Assembly (NCBI GenBank): GCA_051362555.1 | Contig: CM120647.1 | Location: 10,702,651-10,766,650 of the forward strand | DNA: 64,000 bases | From: Lingula anatina | Taxonomy: Eukaryota > Animalia > Brachiopoda | Direction: 5' to 3' | Shown here: positions 10,801 to 26,500 of the stretch, one piece after another | Layout of the letters: every line of letters starts with the position of its first letter | Numbering within the stretch: the first letter of the stretch is position 1 | Notes under the pieces: generated by a model | What the model saw: the letters and a program-made list of their open reading frames with translations, nothing else | Database searches by the model: none | What the model was told of the DNA's origin: nothing | Translations under genes and position numbers: made by a program

Positions 10801-13800
10801 GGGCGCCCTCATTCGTTCTCGTCTGGTGGCATCCCGATTCAGGGGCCAGGTCGTTGTCGTGATGGACTGACCTGCCTCATCCGGGACTCGAACCCGTGAC
10901 TTTGCGTTACCAAGGTTGATGACGCTTTGGATGTGTCATTTGCATCCATGCACGCTACCGACTGCTCCGTGACTGACCCGCCCACCCTCCGTACGTGCGA
11001 GTTTCCTCTTATAGTAATCAATCGCAATTTAAAAAAAAATTAATTCTGGCAAAAATATTGTCTCAGCAGCTGCTGGGACTCGAACCGGCGTTCGAGCGAC
11101 TGCCTGCATGCAAGCCAGGAGAGTTACCACGCAGCCACGACCGCTCCGTTGTGGCGAAGTAATCGGATGGAAACTTTCAACCTCGTCACGGAAGGCGCCA
11201 GATTGGGTGCACATGTGTAGCCCTGCTGTCGCAATCGATAATCCGGGTGCCGCATTTCGGCCCACGCAACCCCAGTCCCCGACATGAACGGTAAAATTCA
11301 TGATGTACACGAAGCCGTGTTTGACAACCCGACTCGGAGCTCGGAGTTTGTTTTATACTAAGATTGATTTTGGCTTTACCCATGATATTAAAGAGTACAG
11401 TGGGATCAGAGGCGGTGCACAACCGACGGGTTTTACTTTTAGCGAGACCATATAGGAGGAGAGAATTAATAAAAAAATAAAAATACATTCAAGTGTTTAA
11501 TTACTGGCGCGATTGCAGCCTTGGAAAATTTCGCGTAAAACATATTTGGCAAAGAATTCCGCCGAGGAGATATCGTTTTTCTATCGAACACGGTTAACAG
11601 GTGGTATGACGTGCTGTTATACCGGAAAAGCTACAGAATCGAAACAAGTTGGATCGTATTCATTGATAGGCCTGCTCTGTACATTCCTAGTAATAAAGAT
11701 GACTTCGGATGCTGTTATTTTCATTTGGTTTTGCATTGAGATAACGTTTGGTTTCACCTTTGACGTTGTAGAGCACGATGACGTCCACAGCCGTTCACAC
11801 CTCGGCGGTTTTAGTATTGAGTAGTCTTTACTCTTTCCAGTGTCGACTGCGGACATGCCCCGGGTAGTGTATGAACATATGAACAGTCTTGAGAACCAAG
11901 GGCCCAAGACAGGAAAGGAGGGGCTTAAAAAGACGAAACGGGTGCCTGATAAAAGGATTGGAGGTGACGCGACTTTTGTATAAAATCAAAAGTTTTCTCT
12001 CTGCTAATCCCAGCAAAAAGATGGCACATTTTGATGGAATGCAAACCATACGGAGTTAGCTATAGCTTAATTTAAGTTCAAGATCTGTGGCACCAATATA
12101 ATGACTTTTAACTGAAGAGAAAAGAAATATAATTGTCGACGCAGATGTAAACTTTCTAAAGTATACCGTATTATTATGCAAAAGGTAATTTGCTAAGTCC
12201 CACGGGCGCCCTCATTCGTTCTCGTCTGGTGGCATCCCGATTCAGGGGCCAGGTCGTTGTCGTGATGGACTGACCTGCCTCATCCGGGACTCGAACCCGT
12301 GACTTTGCGTTACCAAGGTTGATGACGCTTTGGATGTGTCATTTGCATCCATGCACGCTACCGACTGCTCCGTGACTGACCCGCCCACCCTCCGTACGTG
12401 CGAGTTTCCTCTTATAGTAATCAATCGCAATTTAAAAAAAAATTAATTCTGGCAAAAATATTGTCTCAGCAGCTGCTGGGACTCGAACCGGCGTTCGAGC
12501 GACTGCCTGCATGCAAGCCAGGAGAGTTACCACGCAGCCACGACCGCTCCGTTGTGGCGAAGTAATCGGATGGAAACTTTCAACCTCGTCACGGAAGGCG
12601 CCAGATTGGGTGCACATGTGTAGCCCTGCTGTCGCAATCGATAATCCGGGTGCCGCATTTCGGCCCACGCAACCCCAGTCCCCGACATGAACGGTAAAAT
12701 TCATGATGTACACGAAGCCGTGTTTGACAACCCGACTCGGAGCTCGGAGTTTGTTTTATACTAAGATTGATTTTGGCTTTACCCATGATATTAAAGAGTA
12801 CAGTGGGATCAGAGGCGGTGCACAACCGACGGGTTTTACTTTTAGCGAGACCATATAGGAGGAGAGAATTAATAAAAAAATAAAAATACATTCAAGTGTT
12901 TAATTACTGGCGCGATTGCAGCCTTGGAAAATTTCGCGTAAAACATATTTGGCAAAGAATTCCGCCGAGGAGATATCGTTTTTCTATCGAACACGGTTAA
13001 CAGGTGGTATGACGTGCTGTTATACCGGAAAAGCTACAGAATCGAAACAAGTTGGATCGTATTCATTGATAGGCCTGCTCTGTACATTCCTAGTAATAAA
13101 GATGACTTCGGATGCTGTTATTTTCATTTGGTTTTGCATTGAGATAACGTTTGGTTTCACCTTTGACGTTGTAGAGCACGATGACGTCCACAGCCGTTCA
13201 CACCTCGGCGGTTTTAGTATTGAGTAGTCTTTACTCTTTCCAGTGTCGACTGCGGACATGCCCCGGGTAGTGTATGAACATATGAACAGTCTTGAGAACC
13301 AAGGGCCCAAGACAGGAAAGGAGGGGCTTAAAAAGACGAAACGGGTGCCTGATAAAAGGATTGGAGGTGACGCGACTTTTGTATAAAATCAAAAGTTTTC
13401 TCTCTGCTAATCCCAGCAAAAAGATGGCACATTTTGATGGAATGCAAACCATACGGAGTTAGCTATAGCTTAATTTAAGTTCAAGATCTGTGGCACCAAT
13501 ATAATGACTTTTAACTGAAGAGAAAAGAAATATAATTGTCGACGCAGATGTAAACTTTCTAAAGTATACCGTATTATTATGCAAAAGGTAATTTGCTAAG
13601 TCCCACGGGCGCCCTCATTCGTTCTCGTCTGGTGGCATCCCGATTCAGGGGCCAGGTCGTTGTCGTGATGGACTGACCTGCCTCATCCGGGACTCGAACC
13701 CGTGACTTTGCGTTACCAAGGTTGATGACGCTTTGGATGTGTCATTTGCATCCATGCACGCTACCGACTGCTCCGTGACTGACCCGCCCACCCTTCGTAC

Positions 13801-16800
13801 GTGCGAGTTTCCTCTTATAGTAATCAATCGCAATTTAAAAAAAAATTAATTCTGGCAAAAATATTGTCACAGTAGCTGCTGGGACTCGAACCGGCGTTCG
13901 AGCGACTGCCTGCATGCAAGCCAGGAGAGTTACCACGCAGCCACGACAGCTCCGTTGTGGCGGAGTAATCGGATGGAAACTTTCAACCTCGTCACCGAAG
14001 GCGCCAGATTGGGTGCACATGTGTAGCCCTGCTGTCGCAATCGATAATCCGGGTGCCGCATTTCGGCCCACGCAACCCCAGTCCCCGACATGAACGGTAA
14101 AATTCATGATGTACACGAAGCCGTGTTTGACAACCCGACTCGGAGCTCGGAGTTTGTTTTATACTAAGATTGATTTTGGCTTTACCCATGATATTAAAGA
14201 GTACAGTGGGATCAGAGGCGGTGCACAACCGACGGGTTTTACTTTTAGCGAGACCATATAGGAGGAGAGAATTAATAAAAAAAAAAATACATTCAAGTGT
14301 TTAATTACTGGCGCGATTGCAGCCTTGGAAAATTTCGCGTAAAACATATTTGGCAAAGAATTCCGCCGAGGAGATATCGTTTTTCTATCGAACACGGTTA
14401 ACAGGTGGTATGACGTGCTGTTATACCGGAAAAGCTACAGAATCGAAACAAGTTGGATCGTATTCATTGATAGGCCTGCTCTGTACATTCCTAGTAATAA
14501 AGATGACTTCGGATGCTGTTATTTTCATTTGGCTTTGCATTGACATAACGTTTGGTTTCACCTTTGACGTTGTAGAGCACGATGACGTCCACAGCCGTTC
14601 ACACCTCGGCGGTTTTAGTATTGAGTAGTCTTTACTCTTTCCAGTGTCGACTGCGGACATGCCCCGGGTAGTGTATGAACATATGAACAGTCTTGAGAAC
14701 CAAGGGCCCAAGACAGGAAAGGAGGGGCTTAAAAAGACGAAACGGGTGCCTGATAAAAGGAGTGGAGGTGACGCGACTTTTGTATAAAATCAAAAGTTTT
14801 CTCTCTGCTAATCCCAGCAAAAAGATGGCACATTTTGATGAAATGCAAGCCATACGGAGTTAGCTATAGCTCAATTTAAGTTCAAGATCTGTGGCACCAA
14901 TATAATGACTTTTAACTGAAGAGAAAGGAAATATAATTGTCGACGCAGATGTAAACTTTCTAAAGTATACCGTATTATTATGCAAAAGGTAATTTGCTAA
15001 GTCCCACGGGCGCCCTCATTCGTTCTCGTCTGGTGGCATCCCGATTCAGGGGCCAGGTCGTTGTCGTGATGGACTGACCTGCCTCATCCGGGACTCGAAC
15101 CCGTGACTTTGCGTTACCAAGGTTGATGACGCTTTGGATGTGTCATTTGCATCCATGCACGCTACCGACTGCTCCGTGACTGACCCGCCCACCCTCCGTA
15201 CGTGCGAGTTTCCTCTTATAGTAATCAATCGCAATTTAAAAAAAAATTAATTCTGGCAAAAATATTGTCTCAGCAGCTGCTGGGACTCGAACCGGCGTTC
15301 GAGCGACTGCCTGCATGCAAGCCAGGAGAGTTACCACGCAGCCACGACAGCTCCGTTGTGGCGGAGTAATCGGATGGAAACTTTCAACCTCGTCACCGAA
15401 GGCGCCAGATTGGGTGCACATGTGTAGCCCTGCTGTCGCAATCGATAATCCGGGTGCCGCATTTCGGCCCACGCAACCCCAGTCCCCGACATGAACGGTA
15501 AAATTCATGATGTACACGAAGCCGTGTTTGACAACCCGACTCGGAGCTCGGAGTTTGTTTTATACTAAGATTGATTTTGGCTTTACCCATGATATTAAAG
15601 AGTACAGTGGGATCAGAGGCGGTGCACAACCGACGGGTTTTACTTTTAGCGAGACCATATAGGAGGAGAGAATTAATAAAAAAAAAAATAAAAATACATT
15701 CAAGTGTTTAATTACTGGCGCGATTGCAGCCTTGGAAAATTTCGCGTAAAACATATTTGGCAAAGAATTCCGCCGAGGAGATATCGTTTTTCTATCGAAC
15801 ACGGTTAACAGGTGGTATGACGTGCTGTTATACCGGAAAAGCTACAGAATCGAAACAAGTTGGATCGTATTCATTGATAGGCCTGCTCTGTACATTCCTA
15901 GTAATAAAGATGACTTCGGATGCTGTTATTTTCATTTGGTTTTGCATTGAGATAACGTTTGGTTTCACCTTTGACGTTGTAGAGCACGATGACGTCCACA
16001 GCCGTTCACACCTCGGCGGTTTTAGTATTGAGTAGTCTTTACTCTTTCCAGTGTCGACTGCGGACATGCCCCGGGTAGTGTATGAACATATGAACAGTCT
16101 TGAGAACCAAGGGCCCAAGACAGGAAAGGAGGGGCTTAAAAAGACGAAACGGGTGCCTGATAAAAGGAGTGGAGGTGACGCGACTTTTGTATAAAATCAA
16201 AAGTTTTCTCTCTGCTAATCCCAGCAAAAAGATGGCACATTTTGATGGAATGCAAGCCATACGGAGTTAGCTATAGCTTAATTTAAGTTCAAGATCTGTG
16301 GCACCAATATAATGACTTTTAACTGAAGAGAAAAGAAATATAATTGTCGACGCAGATGTAAACTTTCTAAAGTATACCGTATTATTATGCAAAAGGTAAT
16401 TTGCTAAGTCCCACGGGCGCCCTCATTCGTTCTCGTCTGGTGGCATCCCGATTCAGGGGCCAGGTCGTTGTCGTGATGGACTGACCTGCCTCATCCGGGA
16501 CTCGAACCCGTGACTTTGCGTTACCAAGGTTGATGACGCTTTGGATGTGTCATTTGCATCCATGCACGCTACCGACTGCTCCGTGACTGACCCGCCCACC
16601 CTCCGTACGTGCGAGTTTCCTCTTATAGTAATCAATCGCAATTTAAAAAAAAATTAATTCTGGCAAAAATATTGTCTCAGCAGCTGCTGGGACTCGAACC
16701 GGCGTTCGAGCGACTGCCTGCATGCGAGCCAGGAGAGTTACCACGCAGCCACGACAGCTCCGTTGTGGCGAAGTAATCGGATGGAAACTTTCAACCTCGT

Positions 16801-19800
16801 CACGGAAGGCGCCAGATTGGGTGCACATGTGTAGCCCTGCTGTCGCAATCGATAATCCGGGTGCCGCATTTCGGCCCACGCAACCCCAGTCCCCGACATG
16901 AACGGTAAAATTCATGATGTACACGAAGCCGTGTTTGACAACCCGACTCGGAGCTCGGAGTTTGTTTTATACTAAGATTGATTTTGGCTTTACCCATGAT
17001 ATTAAAGAGTACAGTGGGATTAGAGGCGGTGCACAACCGACGGGTTTTACTTTTAGCGAGACCATATAGGAGGAGAGAATTAATAAAAAAAAAAAATACA
17101 TTCAAGTGTTTAATTACTGGCGCGATTGCAGCCTTGGAAAATTTCGCGTAAAACATATTTGGCAAAGAATTCCGCCGAGGAGATATCGTTTTTCTATCGA
17201 ACACGGTTAACAGGTGGTATGACGTGCTGTTATACCGGAAAAGCTACAGAATCGAAACAAGTTGGATCGTATTCATTGATAGGCCTGCTCTGTACATTCC
17301 TAGTAATAAAGATGACTTCGGATGCTGTTATTTTCATTTGGTTTTGCATTGAGATAACGTTTGGTTTCACCTTTGACGTTGTAGAGCACGATGACGTCCA
17401 CAGCCGTTCACACCTCGGCGGTTTTAGTATTGAGTAGTCTTTACTCTTTCCAGTGTCGACTGCGGACATGCCCCGGGTAGTGTATGAACATATGAACAGT
17501 CTTGAGAACCAAGGGCCCAAGACAGGAAAGGAGGGGCTTAAAAAGACGAAACGGGTGCCTGATAAAAGGAGTGGAGGTGACGCGACTTTTGTATAAAATC
17601 AAAAGTTTTCTCTCTGCTAATCCCAGCAAAAAGATGGCACATTTTGATGGAATGCAAGCCATACGGAGTTAGCTATAGCTTAATTTAAGTTCAAGATCTG
17701 TGGCACCAATATAATGACTTTTAACTGAAGAGAAAAGAAATATAATTGTCGACGCAGATGTAAACTTTCTAAAGTATACCGTATTATTATGCAAAAGGTA
17801 ATTTGCTAAGTCCCACGGGCGCCCTCATTCGTTCTCGTCTGGTGGCATCCCGATTCAGGGGCCAGGTCGTTGTCGTGATGGACTGACCTGCCTCATCCGG
17901 GACTCGAACCCGTGACTTTGCGTTACCAAGGTTGATGACGCTTTGGATGTGTCATTTGCATCCATGCACGCTACCGACTGCTCCGTGACTGACCCGCCCA
18001 CCCTCCGTACGTGCGAGTTTCCTCTTATAGTAATCAATCGCAATTTAAAAAAAAATTAATTCTGGCAAAAATATTGTCTCAGCAGCTGCTGGGACTCGAA
18101 CCGGCGTTCGAGCGACTGCCTGCATGCAAGCCAGGAGAGTTACCACGCAGCCACGACAGCTCCGTTGTGGCGAAGTAATCGGATGGAAACTTTCAACCTC
18201 GTCACGGAAGGCGCCAGATTGGGTGCACATGTGTAGCCCTGCTGTCGCAATCGATAATCCGGGTGCCGCATTTCGGCCCACGCAACCCCAGTCCCCGACA
18301 TGAACGGTAAAATTCATGATGTACACGAAGCCGTGTTTGACAACCCGACTCGGAGCTCGGAGTTTGTTTTATACTAAGATTGATTTTGGCTTTACCCATG
18401 ATATTAAAGAGTACAGTGGGATCAGAGGCGGTGCACAACCGACGGGTTTTACTTTTAGCGAGACCATATAGGAGGAGAGAATTAATAAAAAAAATAAAAA
18501 TACATTCAAGTGTTTAATTACTGGCGCGATTGCAGCCTTGGAAAATTTCGCGTAAAACATATTTGGCAAAGAATTCCGCCGAGGAGATATCGTTTTTCTA
18601 TCGAACACGGTTAACAGGTGGTATGACGTGCTGTTATACCGGAAAAGCTACAGAATCGAAACAAGTTGGATCGTATTCATTGATAGGCCTGCTCTGTACA
18701 TTCCTAGTAATAAAGATGACTTCGGATGCTGTTATTTTCATTTGGTTTTGCATTGAGATAACGTTTGGTTTCACCTTTGACGTTGTAGAGCACGATGACG
18801 TCCACAGCCGTTCACACCTCGGCGGTTTTAGTATTGAGTAGTCTTTACTCTTTCCAGTGTCGACTGCGGACATGCCCCGGGTAGTGTATGAACATATGAA
18901 CAGTCTTGAGAACCAAGGGCCCAAGACAGGAAAGGAGGGGCTTAAAAAGACGAAACGGGTGCCTGATAAAAGGAGTGGAGGTGACGCGACTTTTGTATAA
19001 AATCAAAAGTTTTCTCTCTGCTAATCCCAGCAAAAAGATGGCACATTTTGATGGAATGCAAACCATACGGAGTTAGCTATAGCTTAATTTAAGTTCAAGA
19101 TCTGTGGCACCAATATAATGACTTTTAACTGAAGAGAAAAGAAATATAATTGTCGACGCAGATGTAAACTTTCTAAAGTATACCGTATTATTATGCAAAA
19201 GGTAATTTGCTAAGTCCCACGGGCGCCCTCATTCGTTCTCGTCTGGTGGCATCCCGATTCAGGGGCCAGGTCGTTGTCGTGATGGACTGACCTGCCTCAT
19301 CCGGGACTCGAACCCGTGACTTTGCGTTACCAAGGTTGATGACGCTTTGGATGTGTCATTTGCATCCATGCACGCTACCGACTGCTCCGTGACTGACCCG
19401 CCCACCCTCCGTACGTGCGAGTTTCCTCTTATAGTAATCAATCGCAATTTAAAAAAAAATTAATTCTGGCAAAAATATTGTCTCAGCAGCTTCTGGGACT
19501 CGAACCGGCGTTCGAGCGACTGCCTGCATGCAAGCCAGGAGAGTTACCACGCAGCCACGACAGCTCCGTTGTGGCGAAGTAATCGGATGGAAACTTTCAA
19601 CCTCGTCACGGAAGGCGCCAGATTGGGTGCACATGTGTAGCCCTGCTGTCGCAATCGATAATCCGGGTGCCGCATTTCGGCCCACGCAACCCCAGTCCCC
19701 GACATGAACGGTAAAATTCATGATGTACACGAAGCCGTGTTTGACAACCCGACTCGGAGCTCGGAGTTTGTTTTATACTAAGATTGATTTTGGCTTTACC

Positions 19801-20536
19801 CATGATATTAAAGAGTACAGTGGGATCAGAGGCGGTGCACAACCGACGGGTTTTACTTTTAGCGAGACCATATAGGAGGAGAGAATTAATAAAAAAAATA
19901 AAAATACATTCAAGTGTTTAATTACTGGCGCGATTGCAGCCTTGGAAAATTTCGCGTAAAACATATTTGGCAAAGAATTCCGCCGAGGAGATATCGTTTT
20001 TCTATCGAACACGGTTAACAGGTGGTATGACGTGCTGTTATACCGGAAAAGCTACAGAATCGAAACAAGTTGGATCGTATTCATTGATAGGCCTGCTCTG
20101 TACATTCCTAGTAATAAAGATGACTTCGGATGCTGTTATTTTCATTTGGTTTTGCATTGAGATAACGTTTGGTTTCACCTTTGACGTTGTAGAGCACGAT
20201 GACGTCCACAGCCGTCCACACCTCGGCGGTTTTAGTATTGAGTAGTCTTTACTCTTTCCAGTGTCGACTGCGGACATGCCCCGGGTAGTGTATGAACATA
20301 TGAACAGTCTTGAGAACCAAGGGCCCAAGACAGGAAAGGAGGGGCTTAAAAAGACGAAACGGGTGCCTGATAAAAGGATTGGAGGTGACGCGACTTTTGT
20401 ATAAAATCAAAAGTTTTCTCTCTGCTAATCCCAGCAAAAAGATGGCACATTTTGATGGAATGCAAACCATACGGAGTTAGCTATAGCTTAATTTAAGTTC
20501 AAGATCTGTGGCACCAATATAATGACTTTAAACTGA

Positions 20537-23500
20537 AGAGAAAAGAAATATAATTGTCGACGCAGATGTAAACTTTCTAAAGTATACCGTATTATTATGC
20601 AAAAGGTAATTTGCTAAGTCCCACGGGCGCCCTCATTCGTTCTCGTCTGGTGGCATCCCGATTCAGGGGCCAGGTCGTTGTCGTGATGGACTGACCTGCC
20701 TCATCCGGGACTCGAACCCGTGACTTTGCGTTACCAAGGTTGATGACGCTTTGGATGTGTCATTTGCATCCATGCACGCTACCGACTGCTCCGTGACTGA
20801 CCCGCCCACCCTCCGTACGTGCGAGTTTCCTCTTATAGTAATCAATCGCAATTTTAAAAAAAATTAATTCTGGCAAAAATATTGTCTCAGCAGCTGCTGG
20901 GACTCGAACCGGCGTTCGAGCGACTGCCTGCATGCAAGCCAGGAGAGTTACCACGCAGCCACGACAGCTCCGTTGTGGCGAGGTAATCGGATGGAAACTT
21001 TCAACCTCGTCACGGAAGGCGCCAGATTGGGTGCACATGTGTAGCCCTGCTGTCGCAATCGATAATCCGGGTGCCGCATTTCGGCCCACGCAACCCCAGT
21101 CCCCGACATGAACGGTAAAATTCATGATGTACACGAAGCCGTGTTTGACAACCCGACTCGGAGCTCGGAGTTTGTTTTATACTAAGATTGATTTTGGCTT
21201 TACCCATGATATTAAAGAGTACAGTGGGATCAGAGGCGGTGCACAACCGACGGGTTTTACTTTTAGCGAGACCATATAGGAGGAGAGAATTAATAAAAAA
21301 AATAAAAATACATTCAAGTGTTTAATTACTGGCGCGATTGCAGCCTTGGAAAATTTCGCGTAAAACATATTTGGCAAAGAATTCCGCCGAGGAGATATCG
21401 TTTTTCTATCGAACACGGTTAACAGGTGGTATGACGTGCTGTTATACCGGAAAAGCTACAGAATCGAAACAAGTTGGATCGTATTCATTGATAGGCCTGC
21501 TCTGTACATTCCTAGTAATAAAGATGACTTCGGATGCTGTTATTTTCATTTGGTTTTGCATTGAGATAACGTTTGGTTTCACCTTTGACGTTGTAGAGCA
21601 CGATGACGTCCACAGCCGTTCACACCTCGGCGGTTTTAGTATTGAGTAGTCTTTACTCTTTCCAGTGTCGACTGCGGACATGCCCCGGGTAGTGTATGAA
21701 CATATGAACAGTCTTGAGAACCAAGGGCCCAAGACAGGAAAGGAGGGGCTTAAAAAGACGAAACGGGTGCCTGATAAAAGGATTGGAGGTGACGCGACTT
21801 TTGTATAAAATCAAAAGTTTTCTCTCTGCTAATCCCAGCAAAAAGATGGCACATTTTGATGGAATGCAAACCATACGGAGTTAGCTATAGCTTAATTTAA
21901 GTTCAAGATCTGTGGCACCAATATAATGACTTTTAACTGAAGAGAAAAGAAATATAATTGTCGACGCAGATGTAAACTTTCTAAAGTATACCGTATTATT
22001 ATGCAAAAGGTAATTTGCTAAGTCCCACGGGCGCCCTCATTCGTTCTCGTCTGGTGGCATCCCGATTCAGGGGCCAGGTCGTTGTCGTGATGGACTGACC
22101 TGCCTCATCCGGGACTCGAACCCGTGACTTTGCGTTACCAAGGTTGATGACGCTTTGGATGTGTCATTTGCATCCATGCACGCTACCGACTGCTCCGTGA
22201 CTGACCCGCCCACCCTCCGTACGTGCGAGTTTCCTCTTATAGTAATCAATCGCAATTTAAAAAAAAATTAATTCTGGCAAAAATATTGTCTCAGTAGCTG
22301 CTGGGACTCGAACCGGCGTTCGAGCGACTGCCTGCATGCAAGCCAGGAGAGTTACCACGCAGCCACGACAGCTCCGTTGTGGCGGAGTAATCGGATGGAA
22401 ACTTTCAACCTCGTCACCGAAGGCGCCAGATTGGGTGCACATGTGTAGCCCTGCTGTCGCAATCGATAATCCGGGTGCCGCATTTCGGCCCACGCAACCC
22501 CAGTCCCCGACATGAACGGTAAAATTCATGATGTACACGAAGCCGTGTTTGACAACCCGACTCGGAGCTCGGAGTTTGTTTTATACTAAGATTGATTTTG
22601 GCTTTACCCATGATAAAAAGACGAAACGGGTGCCTGATAAAAGGAGTGGAGGTGACGCGACTTTTGTATAAAATCAAAAGTTTTCTCTCTGCTAATCCCA
22701 GCAAAAAGATGGCACATTTTGATGGAATGCAAGTCATACGGAGTTAGCTATAGCTCAATTTAAGTTCAAGATCTGTGGCACCAATATAATGACTTTTAAC
22801 TGAAGAGAAAAGAAATATAATTGTCGACGCAGATGTAAACTTTCTAAAGTATACCCTATTATTATGCAAAAGGTAATTTGCTAAGTCCCACGGGCGCCCT
22901 CATTCGTTCTCGTCTGGTGGCATCCCGATTCAGGGGCCAGGTCGTTGTCGTGATGGACTGACCTGCCTCATCCGGGACTCGAACCCGTGACTTTGCGTTA
23001 CCAAGGTTGATGACGCTTTGGATGTGTCATTTGCATCCATGCACGCTACCGACTGCTCCGTGACTGACCCGCCCACCCTCCGTACGTGCGAGTTTCCTCT
23101 TATAGTAATCAATCGCAATTTAAAAAAAATTAATTCTGGCAAAAATATTGTCACAGTAGCTGCTGGGACTCGAACTGGCGTTCGAGCGACTGCCTGCATG
23201 CAAGCCAGGAGAGTTACCACGCAGCCACGACAGCTCCGTTGTGGCGGAGTAATCGGATGGAAACTTTCAACCTCGTCACCGAAGGCGCCAGATTGGGTGC
23301 ACATGTGTAGCCCTGCTGTCGCAATCGATAATCCGGGTGCCGCATTTCGGCCCACGCAACCCCAGTCCCCGATATGAACGGTAAAATTCATGATGTACAC
23401 GAAGCCGTGTTTGACAACCCGACTCGGAGCTCGGAGTTTGTTTTATACTAAGATTGATTTTGGCTTTACCCATGATATTAAAGAGTACAGTGGGATCAGA

Positions 23501-26500
23501 GGCGGTGCACAACCGACGGGTTTTACTTTTAGCGAGACCATATAGGAGGAGAGAATTAATAAAAAAAAAAATAAAAATACATTCAAGTGTTTAATTATTG
23601 GCGCGATTGCAGCCTTGGAAAATTTCGCGTAAAACATATTTGGCAAAGAATTCCGCCGAGGAGATATCGTTTTTCTATCGAACATGGTTAACAGGTGGTA
23701 TGACGTGCTGTTATACCGGAAAAGCTACAGAATCGAAACAAGTTGGATCGTATTCATTGATAGGCCTGCTCTGTACATTCCTAGTAATAAAGATGACTCT
23801 GGATGCTGTTATTTTCATTTGGTTTTGCATTGAGATAACGTTTGGTTTCACCTTTGACGTTGTAGAGCACGATGACGTCCACAGCCGTTCACACCTCGGC
23901 GGTTTTAGTATTGAGTAGTCTTTACTCTTTCCAGTGTCGACTGCGGACATGCCCCGGGTAGTGTATGAACATATGAACAGTCTTGAGAACCAAGGGCCCA
24001 AGACAGGAAAGGAGGGGCTTAAAAAGACGAAACGGGTGCCTGATAAAAGGAGTGGAGGTGACGCGACTTTTGTATAAAATCAAAAGTTTTCTCTCTGCTA
24101 ATCCCAGCAAAAAGATGGCACATTTTGATGGAATGCAAACCATACGGAGTTAGCTATAGCTTAATTTAAGTTCAAGATCTGTGGCACCAATATAATGACT
24201 TTTAACTGAAGAGAAAAGAAATATAATTGTCGACGCAGATGTAAACTTTCTAAAGTATACCGTATTATTATGCAAAAGGTAATTTGCTAAGTCCCACGGG
24301 CGCCCTCATTCGTTCTCGTCTGGTGGCATCCCGATTCAGGGGCCAGGTCGTTGTCGTGATGGACTGACCTGCCTCATCCGGGACTCGAACCCGTGACTTT
24401 GCGTTACCAAGGTTGATGACGCTTTGGATGTGTCATTTGCATCCATGCACGCTACCGACTGCTCCGTGACTGACCCGCCCACCCTCCGTACGTGCGAGTT
24501 TCCTCTTATAGTAATCAATCGCAATTTTAAAAAAAATTAATTCTGGCAAAAATATTGTCTCAGCAGCTGCTGGGACTCGAACCGGCGTTCGAGCGACTGC
24601 CTGCATGCAAGCCAGGAGAGTTACCACGCAGCCACGACAGCTCCGTTGTGGCGAGGTAATCGGATGGAAACTTTCAACCTCGTCACGGAAGGCGCCAGAT
24701 TGGGTGCACATGTGTAGCCCTGCTGTCGCAATCGATAATCCGGGTGCCGCATTTCGGCCCACGCAACCCCAGTCCCCGACATGAACGGTAAAATTCATGA
24801 TGTACACGAAGCCGTGTTTGACAACCCGACTCGGAGCTCGGAGTTTGTTTTATACTAAGATTGATTTTGGCTTTACCCATGATATTAAAGAGTACAGTGG
24901 GATCAGAGGCGGTGCACAACCGACGGGTTTTACTTTTAGCGAGACCATATAGGAGGAGAGAATTAATAAAAAAAATAAAAATACATTCAAGTGTTTAATT
25001 ACTGGCGCGATTGCAGCCTTGGAAAATTTCGCGTAAAACATATTTGGCAAAGAATTCCGCCGAGGAGATATCGTTTTTCTATCGAACACGGTTAACAGGT
25101 GGTATGACGTGCTGTTATACCGGAAAAGCTACAGAATCGAAACAAGTTGGATCGTATTCATTGATAGGCCTGCTCTGTACATTCCTAGTAATAAAGATGA
25201 CTTCGGATGCTGTTATTTTCATTTGGTTTTGCATTGAGATAACGTTTGGTTTCACCTTTGACGTTGTAGAGCACGATGACGTCCACAGCCGTTCACACCT
25301 CGGCGGTTTTAGTATTGAGTAGTCTTTACTCTTTCCAGTGTCGACTGCGGACATGCCCCGGGTAGTGTATGAACATATGAACAGTCTTGAGAACCAAGGG
25401 CCCAAGACAGGAAAGGAGGGGCTTAAAAAGACGAAACGGGTGCCTGATAAAAGGATTGGAGGTGACGCGACTTTTGTATAAAATCAAAAGTTTTCTCTCT
25501 GCTAATCCCAGCAAAAAGATGGCACATTTTGATGGAATGCAAACCATACGGAGTTAGCTATAGCTTAATTTAAGTTCAAGATCTGTGGCACCAATATAAT
25601 GACTTTTAACTGAAGAGAAAAGAAATATAATTGTCGACGCAGATGTAAACTTTCTAAAGTATACCGTATTATTATGCAAAAGGTAATTTGCTAAGTCCCA
25701 CGGGCGCCCTCATTCGTTCTCGTCTGGTGGCATCCCGATTCAGGGGCCAGGTCGTTGTCGTGATGGACTGACCTGCCTCATCCGGGACTCGAACCCGTGA
25801 CTTTGCGTTACCAAGGTTGATGACGCTTTGGATGTGTCATTTGCATCCATGCACGCTACCGACTGCTCCGTGACTGACCCGCCCACCCTCCGTACGTGCG
25901 AGTTTCCTCTTATAGTAATCAATCGCAATTTAAAAAAAAATTAATTCTGGCAAAAATATTGTCTCAGTAGCTGCTGGGACTCGAACCGGCGTTCGAGCGA
26001 CTGCCTGCATGCAAGCCAGGAGAGTTACCACGCAGCCACGACAGCTCCGTTGTGGCGGAGTAATCGGATGGAAACTTTCAACCTCGTCACCGAAGGCGCC
26101 AGATTGGGTGCACATGTGTAGCCCTGCTGTCGCAATCGATAATCCGGGTGCCGCATTTCGGCCCACGCAACCCCAGTCCCCGACATGAACGGTAAAATTC
26201 ATGATGTACACGAAGCCGTGTTTGACAACCCGACTCGGAGCTCGGAGTTTGTTTTATACTAAGATTGATTTTGGCTTTACCCATGATAAAAAGACGAAAC
26301 GGGTGCCTGATAAAAGGAGTGGAGGTGACGCGACTTTTGTATAAAATCAAAAGTTTTCTCTCTGCTAATCCCAGCAAAAAGATGGCACATTTTGATGGAA
26401 TGCAAGTCATACGGAGTTAGCTATAGCTCAATTTAAGTTCAAGATCTGTGGCACCAATATAATGACTTTTAACTGAAGAGAAAAGAAATATAATTGTCGA